64,000 nt of DNA, taken from assembly GCA_026416055.1 (NCBI GenBank), contig JAOAFX010000001.1, positions 5,833 to 69,832 on the forward strand. Reading direction: 5' to 3'. This document shows positions 1 to 7,343 of the stretch, in pieces (position 1 is the first letter of the stretch; every line of letters starts with the position of its first letter). The notes under the pieces are model-generated. The model searched no databases, was not told the DNA's origin, and saw only the letters and a list, made by a program, of their open reading frames with translations. Source of the stretch: a candidate division WOR-3 bacterium (lineage in GTDB: Bacteria > Hydrothermota > Tepidihabitantia > SM23-42 > JAOAFX01). The translations under genes were made by a program, and so were the position numbers.

Positions 1-530
1 CAGAGATGGGTGTCAATTATGTTTTTCTTTTGGGGCAATTCCATAATATGAAAATTTACCTTTTGAGATAAAATATCCCAGACCTTCTTTTTTGCATCAC
101 AGGTCGTTTCACCGACGGCGAGGCTCTTGATTGGTGCATAGAGACAGGTTTTGGAAAATGCAAGCCCCAGGGTTGATTTCACGAGCGGGCAGATATCTCT
201 GGGAAACATCTTTTCAGCGTAAGGAACAGAGAAATTCGTTCCCCCGCATAATGCGATTGGAATCATATCGAGTGCCATTATGATTTCTTCTGGTACATAG
301 ATACAGAAAAATCCCACAATCTTTTTACCCTTTGATTTTTCTTCAAGCAGCTCGGCAACCCTACCACCATGCGATTCATGAAGAACATTGTCAAAATAGT
401 CCATTGTCCTGGGACGATTCTTTTGTTTACCAACAGTATTTTGAAATCCTTTGTTTATGTAATTCAGGACCTCATTGTGCAAATTTACATCAAGTCCTAA
501 TTCCTGCCACATCTTTTCGTAATTATTCAT
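1..530 (-). CDS. 2-hydroxyacyl-CoA dehydratase / BcrC-BadD-HgdB family protein, N-terminal part; the gene runs off the left edge
   Basis: Absent from the ORF track because there is no stop in the window. Reverse translation from ATG 530..528 gives MNNYEKMWQELGLDVNLHNEVLNYINKGF...KGKKIVGFFCIYVPEEIIMALDMIPIALCGG...GETTCDAKKK, a pattern typical of HgdB/BcrC-type subunits. Its start overlaps the stop of the upstream gene as ATGA (527..530). Confidence 0.55.
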   Translation of the reverse strand, partial: MNNYEKMWQELGLDVNLHNEVLNYINKGFQNTVGKQKNRPRTMDYFDNVLHESHGGRVAELLEEKSKGKKIVGFFCIYVPEEIIMALDMIPIALCGGTNFSVPYAEKMFPRDICPLVKSTLGLAFSKTCLYAPIKSLAVGETTCDAKKKVWDILSQKVNFHIMELPQKKNIIDTHL

Positions 531-829
531 TTTTTTTCCTTTTTGAAAAATAGTTCGCAAAAACAATGCCCGTCTTTTCTGACTTCTTCATCCAGAGTGG
601 GGCAGGGGCAAAGGACGTCTTTTTCTGGATTTAACGGTTCGCTTTGCTTGCAAGGGCAATAGTATTTTCCATATTCAAGATAGTTTATCGTCATTAAACC
701 AATCACTTTTTTTACCCGGCTTAGCTTTTTGTTAAAGACATAACCTTTCTGCCTCGCGATCTTTATGAGCCTCTCATAATTTTTATTATACTCCTTGGTG
801 CCAACGATTTTATCCCAGGGATTAGGCAT
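527..829 (-). CDS. ferredoxin:thioredoxin reductase catalytic-subunit-like protein (FTR-like disulfide reductase)
   Basis: 100 aa with the cysteine pattern YCPCK...LCPCP...GHCFCELF, matching the CPC...CPC...CHC signature of FTR catalytic subunits. Translationally coupled to both neighbouring ORFs. Confidence 0.55.
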   Translation of the reverse strand: MPNPWDKIVGTKEYNKNYERLIKIARQKGYVFNKKLSRVKKVIGLMTINYLEYGKYYCPCKQSEPLNPEKDVLCPCPTLDEEVRKDGHCFCELFFKKEKK

Positions 830-971
830 AAAGCCCCCTTGCGGTATGGCATTTAAATTCAGTGTATTTGTTTACTGCGAAAAGAATGAATCTCTTATGG
901 AGGTTGGAAGATAAGAATTGCTCTTTTATCTTTCCATAGACCCGACCGGGCCTAAATACCCGGCGGATCAT
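822..971 (-). CDS. mini-ORF A (49 aa, MIRRVFRPGRV...), leader ORF of the FTR-like operon
   Basis: SD AAGGAG lies 7 nt before ATG 971..969. The stop TAA (824..822) overlaps ATG 829 of the next gene. The track start at 1022 lies upstream of the predicted TSS (~1018), so the ORF was trimmed. The N-terminus is shared with mini-ORFs B and C. Confidence 0.35.
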   Translation of the reverse strand: MIRRVFRPGRVYGKIKEQFLSSNLHKRFILFAVNKYTEFKCHTARGLYA

Positions 972-984
972 TTCCAAACTCCTT
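939..984 (-). promoter_or_regulatory. SD-AUG-GC-palindrome module, copy A
   Basis: Minus strand reads AAGGAGTTTGGAAATGATCCGCCGG-N9-CCCGGTCGGGTC. The 12-mer CCCGGTCGGGTC and the 9-nt spacer are the same as in copies B and C. Confidence 0.6.
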
Positions 985-1024
985 TGTAAACCATATTCCA
1001 GTGGGTAATAACTATCATACACAG

Positions 1025-1052
1025 ATTATATTTAAATATTGGTTTATGTCAA
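1025..1052 (-). promoter_or_regulatory. sigma70-type promoter, TTGACA-N16-TATAAT
   Basis: -35 at 1052..1047 and -10 at 1030..1025, both perfect consensus hexamers. Confidence 0.6.
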
Positions 1053-1141
1053 TAGAATGCTTACGATGTTTCCCTACGAGACTTAAGACTAAAGTCTAAT
1101 GATGGCTTGACTGACTTTTTCCTTTTATCTGTCTTGCGAAT

Positions 1142-1891
1142 TCACTTGACAATTCTTCTTTTCACTACCGCCTGAATAACTTCTTTTGTTTCCATATCCT
1201 GGACGAATGCAACAACCCCTAATTTATTGACATTCCAGTTAGACTGAATCAAGCAGTTCCTTTCTTCAATCAGGGAATCAGGATAGACTAAATTCACCGT
1301 TATACCCTTTGCATCCGGAATCATCTTGCGCATTACGAAATAGAAAATGGAATCAGGGGCACCTACCTGTTTGAAAAATACGCTATCTTCAACAAGGACT
1401 ATAAACAACCGATGCTCAGAATCTTTTATTGAATCAATCACAACGATATTTACTTTCAAAGAAACGACATCTCCTTTTAAGGTTGATTCAAGATTCAATC
1501 GCAACTTGGTCTTTCTGTTTCTCTCGCTGATGATGCAATTTTTATAAACTGGGTAATTATCCTCGGGCTTTTCTGTCTGAATTTTTTGCAATCCATCAAA
1601 TACTACAATCGGTGAGGTCTGGATATTATAAAGGGATTCGCGAACTGCAACATAAGGTGGACTTAATGTATCACCGAGGGCACGGCGGTGATAGGCAATT
1701 ACAGCAAGACTATCACCATATTCTTTTAGTAGACTATCAAGCGCATGTTCTGCGTAGGGACAATAAACACAGCGCGCAAAAGTAAAAAACTCAGCAAGGA
1801 CAATCCTGTCTCCTGGTTCAATTTTGATTTGCGGACTGTCAGAGCAGAATGTAATTAATAATATTGCTGTAAAAATTATAGTTTTTTTCAT
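1142..1891 (-). CDS. secreted, possibly lipidated thioredoxin-fold CxxC protein, Omp28-related
   Basis: Signal peptide MKKTIIFTAILLITFCSD. The motif AEFFTFARCVYCPYAEHAL (CxxC) resembles the N-domain of the 595-aa protein two genes upstream. 4-nt overlap with the preceding gene. Confidence 0.55.
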   Translation of the reverse strand: MKKTIIFTAILLITFCSDSPQIKIEPGDRIVLAEFFTFARCVYCPYAEHALDSLLKEYGDSLAVIAYHRRALGDTLSPPYVAVRESLYNIQTSPIVVFDGLQKIQTEKPEDNYPVYKNCIISERNRKTKLRLNLESTLKGDVVSLKVNIVVIDSIKDSEHRLFIVLVEDSVFFKQVGAPDSIFYFVMRKMIPDAKGITVNLVYPDSLIEERNCLIQSNWNVNKLGVVAFVQDMETKEVIQAVVKRRIVK

Positions 1892-2619
1892 TGGACTTTT
1901 ACCACCTTTCTATGAAATATATAGCCATTGTTTTTCAATTCAATGAAATACACGCCTTCCGGAACGGGCTTACCTGAGTGATCATCACCACGCCACACGA
2001 TTTCAGAAGATTGATTACTGGTTATATTGTCAAATCGTTTAATCAGCTGCCCTTTTGAATCAAAAATCTTTATCGAAGGTTGTAATCTTAAATCAGGCAT
2101 CCGGAATTTTATTACGAGGTAATTGTTGAACGGAATTGGATATAATTCAAATTTATAAATCGGGTCCTTCGTTTTGTAGATAAAAACTCCTTGTTCCATT
2201 GCTGCAATAACAGTTATTGAATCCCTTAAATTGGGGCTGCGAACCGATCTTACTTTTAGATTTACAACTTCAGTTCCCCATACTCCGGTTGCAGGGTATA
2301 TTGAAACATCAATTCCTGAATCTATTGCTCCAGGAGTAAGATAACTATAAAGAATTATTCCTGGTTCTGCACATTGTCCACCAGCACAATACAATTCAAA
2401 CCATCCAGGAACGCTATCAATCACCCGACAGTCAAATGCGTAACTATCGGGTTGGGATCCGGTATTCGTGAGCCGGAAACGGAATATAAAATAGTCTATT
2501 CCGGTCTGGAATGTATCACTTACGCAGACAAAGTTGAAACTATACTGGGCAGATAACATCGTGGTGAGCCCAACTAACCACAGTACCACTTTTTTGCCGA
2601 ACATATTAACCTCTTTCAA
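1888..2619 (-). CDS. secreted protein with a T9SS C-terminal sorting domain
   Basis: N-terminal signal peptide. The C-terminus ...PIPFNNYLVIKF...IKIFDSKGQLIKRF...WRGDDHSGKPVPEGVYFIELK... is a typical type-A T9SS/FlgD-Ig-like CTD. Confidence 0.6.
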   Translation of the reverse strand: MKEVNMFGKKVVLWLVGLTTMLSAQYSFNFVCVSDTFQTGIDYFIFRFRLTNTGSQPDSYAFDCRVIDSVPGWFELYCAGGQCAEPGIILYSYLTPGAIDSGIDVSIYPATGVWGTEVVNLKVRSVRSPNLRDSITVIAAMEQGVFIYKTKDPIYKFELYPIPFNNYLVIKFRMPDLRLQPSIKIFDSKGQLIKRFDNITSNQSSEIVWRGDDHSGKPVPEGVYFIELKNNGYIFHRKVVKVQ

Positions 2620-2651
2620 ATGGGGAGGGCAATCGCCCTCCCCATTATTGA

Positions 2652-4439
2652 TTATCGGACAATGACAACCTTTTCCAGAATGGTTTCTGATTCAGATTCT
2701 AATTTCACAAAATATATACCCGAAGGAAGCATCTTGCCATTAGAATCATCGCCATTCCAGATTATCACTGGATTCGCAGTGAGTGATTTAACAAGACGGC
2801 CAGATGCATCGTATATCTTAACGGATACAGACATATTATGAAAATTGCTGGACTGGCAAATTATCGCCACTTTTTCGGTAAATGGATTGGGTGTTATACT
2901 TAAAGTTAACCGCTTATTATTTTCTTTAGTTTCAATTCCTACCGGTCTCGGCATATTCACATCGTCGATATACCATCCTTCCTGGACTATGGAAGCATCG
3001 CTGATAAACCGGAATCTTATTCTCACGGTCTGTCCTGAATAACTGGTAAGGGGATATGACAGTTGAGTCCAGGCACTTTGTGTACCGGTGAATTTACCAA
3101 GGGTTTGCCACCACCCTGAACCATTGTCAATTTCCACATATCCATAATCCCAGCCTGCTTCAAGACTATACTGATGCCAGAGTTTCAAGGAACTATCCGG
3201 TGTTGCAACAAAGAAAACTGAAATCAAAGAAGCATCATTTTGATTTGTGTACTGCCAGGAACCCTCAACCCCGCAATACCAGGAGCGGGTTGGTGAATAA
3301 CTTTTGTATGTCGTGATATGCCAGTTATCATTCGTGCCAGAATGGGTCCAGTTATCCTGACCTGATTCCATATTGTCTGAAAAACCAGGGCTCCTCGTAA
3401 TCATAAAAGGAATCGTATCAATTTTTGAGCCAAAATTCAAAAAGAAAGAAACCAGTCTTGGTGTCGGGCAGGCATCACTGATTGTGAAATCGCAGATATT
3501 TACCGTATCTACATCACCGGGTCTAATTTCTACAGTTTGTGGAGTAGCACCACTAATTGTTATGTATGGATCTGAGCAGGTTACAGTGGTACTACCTGTA
3601 TAAATACCGTCTCTTAAATTTTTGCCATAGACATAAATTCTAATCGCCTCACCGGGCTCAGCCCACCGATTGTGGTTGCCTGCCGTTTCTGTAATATTCA
3701 ATCCGTAATAGTCCATTCCGGGGATGGGCACTATTCCAATCTCTGCACCCTGGTAAATCTCTCTGTTTGCGGCCTGAACAAATACGATAATTTTACAATC
3801 TTTTTCTTTCCAGTTTGAAGCGATTGTGAAGTTTCTGGACCTTGATATACTGCTATTTGCCGGAATGGTAACTGCTTCTCCATTCGCATCCGGCACCATA
3901 TCTCTCATCAAAAATTCTAACTTAGACATTCCCTGCCAGCTATATGGAATATTATTTTCAACAATCACAAAATGGAGTGTGCCACTTATCGGACTGGAAG
4001 TAATGTTCAGAATCGTGGCATTTACCGTTCCGGTATTACTAATCGTATCATAGTTACAGGTGAGACTGATATCCAGTGGACTTGAAATGTTCAACCTGTA
4101 TGCTATAGTGTCTCGGTAAATGGCATACATTGTGCCGAAACGTAAACCTCCGACTACTCTTCGTACTCCATCAAATATTGTTGTTGGATATCCGCTCACA
4201 CTGTAATATGATAATCGTGCTGCAGCCTCGGTACTATAGAATGGGTCGGATGTGGATGGATGGTAAGATATTACTACAACTGAATCATAACTTCTTGTAT
4301 AATTCTCATCCAGCGCACGCGCTGCTCCTGGACAGTATTGACACCAGGTTGCAGTAAAATTTTCACATACGACAACGCGCTGGGCAGCAAAGGCTAAGGT
4401 ACCTATTATTATACATGATAATAGCACTATTTTCTTCAT
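2652..4439 (-). CDS. multidomain T9SS cargo: Omp28-like thioredoxin-fold CxxC domain, Ig-like and MAM/choice-of-anchor-like beta-sandwich, T9SS CTD
   Basis: Signal peptide, then ENFTATWCQYCPGAARAL (CxxC). The middle reads ...FSDNMESGQDNWTH...GWYIDDV. The C-terminus ...ITPNPFTEKVAI...VKIYDASGRLVKSL...WNGDDSNGKMLPSGIYFVKL is a T9SS CTD. SD GGAGG precedes ATG 4439. Confidence 0.6.
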   Translation of the reverse strand: MKKIVLLSCIIIGTLAFAAQRVVVCENFTATWCQYCPGAARALDENYTRSYDSVVVISYHPSTSDPFYSTEAAARLSYYSVSGYPTTIFDGVRRVVGGLRFGTMYAIYRDTIAYRLNISSPLDISLTCNYDTISNTGTVNATILNITSSPISGTLHFVIVENNIPYSWQGMSKLEFLMRDMVPDANGEAVTIPANSSISRSRNFTIASNWKEKDCKIIVFVQAANREIYQGAEIGIVPIPGMDYYGLNITETAGNHNRWAEPGEAIRIYVYGKNLRDGIYTGSTTVTCSDPYITISGATPQTVEIRPGDVDTVNICDFTISDACPTPRLVSFFLNFGSKIDTIPFMITRSPGFSDNMESGQDNWTHSGTNDNWHITTYKSYSPTRSWYCGVEGSWQYTNQNDASLISVFFVATPDSSLKLWHQYSLEAGWDYGYVEIDNGSGWWQTLGKFTGTQSAWTQLSYPLTSYSGQTVRIRFRFISDASIVQEGWYIDDVNMPRPVGIETKENNKRLTLSITPNPFTEKVAIICQSSNFHNMSVSVKIYDASGRLVKSLTANPVIIWNGDDSNGKMLPSGIYFVKLESESETILEKVVIVR

Positions 4440-4466
4440 TTTAACCTCCTTTCTTTATTTTAAGTG

Positions 4467-4694
4467 CTATTGATTTTTAATTTTTTTTCTCTTATCACCC
4501 CCTTTCGTTCTGGTCAATTCGTGATTGATCAAAGGAATGATTGTATTAATTTTTGGAATACGATATTTTAAATATTTTTTAAAAAGTTCGTAAAGAATTT
4601 CGATGGAATGTTGATTGGTATTTAATAAAGGAGGTTGATTAAAATTATGGCATCTTTTTTTGACCCGACCGGGTCTTTTAATCCGGCGAGTCAT
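4467..4694 (-). CDS. mini-ORF B (75 aa, MTRRIKRPGRV...)
   Basis: SD GGAGG lies 6 nt before ATG 4694. This ATG overlaps the TGA of mini-ORF C (ATGA). The body is lysine-rich and low-complexity, with no recognisable family. Confidence 0.3.
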   Translation of the reverse strand: MTRRIKRPGRVKKRCHNFNQPPLLNTNQHSIEILYELFKKYLKYRIPKINTIIPLINHELTRTKGGDKRKKIKNQ

Positions 4695-4705
4695 TTGATG
4701 CCTCC
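4662..4705 (-). promoter_or_regulatory. SD-AUG-GC-palindrome module, copy B
   Basis: Minus strand reads GGAGGCATCAAATGACTCGCCGG-N9-CCCGGTCGGGTC. With the preceding GA it forms the 14-bp near-palindrome GACCCGGTCGGGTC. Confidence 0.6.
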
Positions 4706-4810
4706 GTTGAAGTATTTGATATAGTGTGGAATATTTAAGATTAACGCAGTGGAGTAGACAATGTAGTATGGTACTTTGACCCGACCGGGTCCGGATGTCC
4801 GTCGAGTCAT
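4691..4810 (-). CDS. mini-ORF C (39 aa, MTRRTSGPGRV...), below the track's size cut-off
   Basis: SD AAGGAG lies 7 nt before ATG 4810..4808. My translation is MTRRTSGPGRVKVPYYIVYSTALILNIPHYIKYFNGGIK*, ending in a TGA that overlaps the ATG of mini-ORF B. Confidence 0.3.
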   Translation of the reverse strand: MTRRTSGPGRVKVPYYIVYSTALILNIPHYIKYFNGGIK

Positions 4811-4823
4811 TTCCACACTCCTT
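4778..4823 (-). promoter_or_regulatory. SD-AUG-GC-palindrome module, copy C
   Basis: Minus strand reads AAGGAGTGTGGAAATGACTCGACGG-N9-CCCGGTCGGGTC. Confidence 0.6.
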
Positions 4824-4863
4824 TATTGTGATTTTTCCAGAAGTCTATCCAATTCACATTTTA

Positions 4864-4891
4864 ATTATATTAAAATTTTCTTTGTTGTCAA
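4864..4891 (-). promoter_or_regulatory. sigma70-type promoter, TTGACA-N16-TATAAT
   Basis: -35 at 4891..4886 and -10 at 4869..4864, both perfect consensus. It would drive mini-ORFs C and B and the T9SS/CxxC operon. Confidence 0.6.
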
Positions 4892-4921
4892 GCAGTCAAA
4901 GTAAATTGCCAAATAATGACT

Positions 4922-4987
4922 ACTCTCCGCTTTTTAGTTTAATGTTTTTTTGTTTTCCAGCAGGGGCGACTTCCCGGTCGCGATAAT
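4922..4987 (+). repeat. 66-nt intergenic repeat, copy 1 (inverted repeat GCGAC-N6-GTCGC followed by GATAAT)
   Basis: Aligns with 25091..25152 with 4 substitutions and one 4-nt indel (my hand alignment). Confidence 0.7.
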
Positions 4988-5002
4988 CATCTGTCCATCC
5001 CT

Positions 5003-5200
5003 TTGACAAAAGGGAATTTTCAGTATGAAAACAGTCTTCACCCAGCGGGTAATCAATTTTTAAACAAACCTGATGATTACGGCCTAACTATCTTTGGGTG
5101 CATTGGCGCTATTTCCTATGGCGAATTACCAATGTCTTGTTTTACTTGTAATGGCAGAGTTTACGAGGAAGTAGATGGGATTATTAATTTTTTAAACTAA
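5003..5200 (+). CDS. hypothetical 65-aa ORF; the C-terminus resembles a Trm112-like zinc-ribbon remnant
   Basis: TTG start. The ending ...SCFTCNGRVYEEVDGIINFLN resembles the C..C...Y...DGI..FL ribbon found at the N-terminus of some methyltransferases, but no MTase domain follows. Weak call. Confidence 0.2.
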   Translation: MTKGNFQYENSLHPAGNQFLNKPDDYGLTIFGCIGAISYGELPMSCFTCNGRVYEEVDGIINFLN

Positions 5201-5370
5201 GAATATCCAGCCGATAGTCTATCTTTCACCCTATAATACTTATACGCCCAAAAAATAATAATATTCTTGATTTTTAAAAGTGGAGAGGAGCCAGGTCAAA
5301 ATATCAGGCAATATATTTAAAAGTGTGAAAATTTATCTAAAGTGCTATATCGGGAAGTAATAATCTTCAG

Positions 5371-7176
5371 TTAGTCATGAGTTCCTTTTGAATTGATGAT
5401 TTTCAAATAACGGTATAATTGTGCCCTTGATATCTTTAATTCATTGCAGGTTTTAATTACATCACACCCATTCCGCTGATAACATTCAAAAATGAGTTTT
5501 GCCCGATACCTTCTTACCTTCTCTTCTATTGAAACTGGCTGATGATTTTCCAGACCAAGGTCTTTTAATTCAATATAGCCATTTTTGCAGCGCAAAAATG
5601 CCTGTTCTAATATTTTTTCAAGCTGGCGGACATTTCCGGGAAAATCAAATTCTAACAGACGTTTCTTTGCACTTTCGGTTATGCCAGCAAAATACCCTCT
5701 ATATCTTTCTTTTATTTTAAGCAACAGATGCTCAATCAAAAGAGGAATTTCATCCCGGCGCTCACGAAGAGGTGGAATTTCAATTTTGGGAGAGTGAATC
5801 CGGTAATATAAATCTTCTCTGAATTTACCCTGTGCTACAAGTTCCTCAAGGTTGCGATTGGTGGCAAAAATAAATCGGACATTGACAACCCTGCCCTCAT
5901 TACAACCCAGGGGGATTACCTTTTTATCCTCAATCACTCTTAAAAGTTTTGCCTGTACATTGAGCGGTAACTCAGCAATTTCATCAAAGAATAGTGTACC
6001 ATTATTGGCAAATTCAATCTTTCCTGTTTTGTCATAACGGGCATCGGTGAAGGCACCCCTTTTATAGCCAAACAATTCTGACTCAAACAGGTTCTCTGGA
6101 ATAGCTGCACAGTTCACCACCACAAATCTTTCACCCGCCCGTGAACTTTCATTGTGAATTGCGGCAGCAAGCAGATCTTTTCCGGTGCCACTTTCTCCAA
6201 TGATCAAGAGATTTGTATCCTGGATAGCAATTTTTTTCGCAGTCTCTTTTATTGTTTCAAGCCCGATTATATCGTCAAATGTATAAGGGGCACGCAACGA
6301 TAAACTTCTTTCTTTATTAACGGGAGAATATACCGGTTCAAAAATAAAGATGTATTTGTCTTCATATTCCTTTTTTAATACAAAAAACTTCATATGCAAA
6401 TTTTCTGATTCAAATATTTCGTTGATAATTGGTTTTTTTCTTACAATTTCCTCGTCAAATTTTTCCGTGATGTTCTTTCCAGTATTGAAATGTAGAAGTT
6501 TCTTTGCCTTCTCGCTGAGCCAGAGTATCTTTCCCTGATTATCAGTAATCACAAAAATGAGATTGAGCAATTTCGCCAGATCAGTATAAAAATTGAATTC
6601 AAATGTCTTCCGGTATTCTTTCTGAATTATTCCGGAAAGAATCTTCACAAGGGCAAAGGTATAAGGATGTCCCCTTTTTTCCGGATGGACGATCACAATC
6701 GTGCCAAGCAATTCTCCATTGTCCAGTATCGGTGAACAAAAACAGGCACCCGATTGAAAAATTTTTAGATAATATTCTTCCCCTTCTACATATACTGGCT
6801 TGTGATAACGCAGGGCAAGGGCAACGGCATTGGTCCCAGCATCTTCTTCGCGCAGTGACCCCCCCTCACCAAGACCAATTTTACTGCGGCTTTGTAAGAT
6901 GTGCCTGGGACCGATTGCCTTCAAAATATAGCCATCCCTGTCTGTTAATACCAGAATTGATCCGCAGAGTTTGAAAGTTTCGCTGCACAATTTCATATAC
7001 GGAAGGGCGGATTTTATTAAGGATTCATTAATTTTCTGGCGGTGGAGTAATTCTGAACGGCTGAGAGTATTTGTAATACATGGCTTATCGGGGTTCAAAC
7101 CCATTTTCTTACAACGTCTCTTAGACTCATTTATCCATCTTTTTCTTTCAGATGATTCAGACATAACTCCAACCAC
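5371..7176 (-). CDS. sigma-54-dependent transcriptional activator (AcoR-like GAF N-domain, AAA+ domain, Fis-type HTH)
   Basis: GESGTGKDLLAAAIH...VVVNCAAIPENLFESELFGYKRGAFTDA is the sigma-54 interaction domain. The C-terminal ISRAQLYRYLK is an HTH. The start may instead be ATG 7164 (MSESSERKRW). Confidence 0.85.
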   Translation of the reverse strand: MVGVMSESSERKRWINESKRRCKKMGLNPDKPCITNTLSRSELLHRQKINESLIKSALPYMKLCSETFKLCGSILVLTDRDGYILKAIGPRHILQSRSKIGLGEGGSLREEDAGTNAVALALRYHKPVYVEGEEYYLKIFQSGACFCSPILDNGELLGTIVIVHPEKRGHPYTFALVKILSGIIQKEYRKTFEFNFYTDLAKLLNLIFVITDNQGKILWLSEKAKKLLHFNTGKNITEKFDEEIVRKKPIINEIFESENLHMKFFVLKKEYEDKYIFIFEPVYSPVNKERSLSLRAPYTFDDIIGLETIKETAKKIAIQDTNLLIIGESGTGKDLLAAAIHNESSRAGERFVVVNCAAIPENLFESELFGYKRGAFTDARYDKTGKIEFANNGTLFFDEIAELPLNVQAKLLRVIEDKKVIPLGCNEGRVVNVRFIFATNRNLEELVAQGKFREDLYYRIHSPKIEIPPLRERRDEIPLLIEHLLLKIKERYRGYFAGITESAKKRLLEFDFPGNVRQLEKILEQAFLRCKNGYIELKDLGLENHQPVSIEEKVRRYRAKLIFECYQRNGCDVIKTCNELKISRAQLYRYLKIINSKGTHD

Positions 7177-7343
7177 CTGTTGAATTTATTTTTTTAGAGA
7201 ATCAACCATAAAAAAAGTATGTATAAGGCACCGGTATTTAAATTCAGTATAGATTACTATACTACCAGACGGGGCCTTATACTAAGGAAAGATTATACAT
7301 ATAAGTTGTGCATTGTCAATATACACCTATTAGCCTAAAAAAA

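Noticed and set aside
822-1022. Track version of mini-ORF A starting at 1022 (66 aa)
   Set aside because: The first 17 codons lie upstream of the TSS predicted from the perfect promoter at 1052..1025. The SD-preceded ATG at 971 aligns with the other two module copies.
7215-7275. Possible structured RNA or terminator: ATAAGGC...AGTATAG-ATTA-CTATACT...GCCTTAT followed by a T7 run on the minus strand
   Set aside because: Nested stems exist, but the outer helix is AT-rich with large internal loops and the U-run is 6 nt away from it. It may be a weak terminator for the recJ-pgeF operon, but there is not enough evidence to call it.
7177-7343. Sigma-54 (-24 GG / -12 GC) promoter near the enhancer-binding-protein gene, for example AGGCACCGGTATTTAA at ~7225
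   Set aside because: The -12 element lacks GC, it faces a direction with no downstream gene, and other TGGCAC occurrences in the window (for example 25695, 43950, 53534) have no TTGC 5 nt later. No convincing target promoter for the activator lies in this window.
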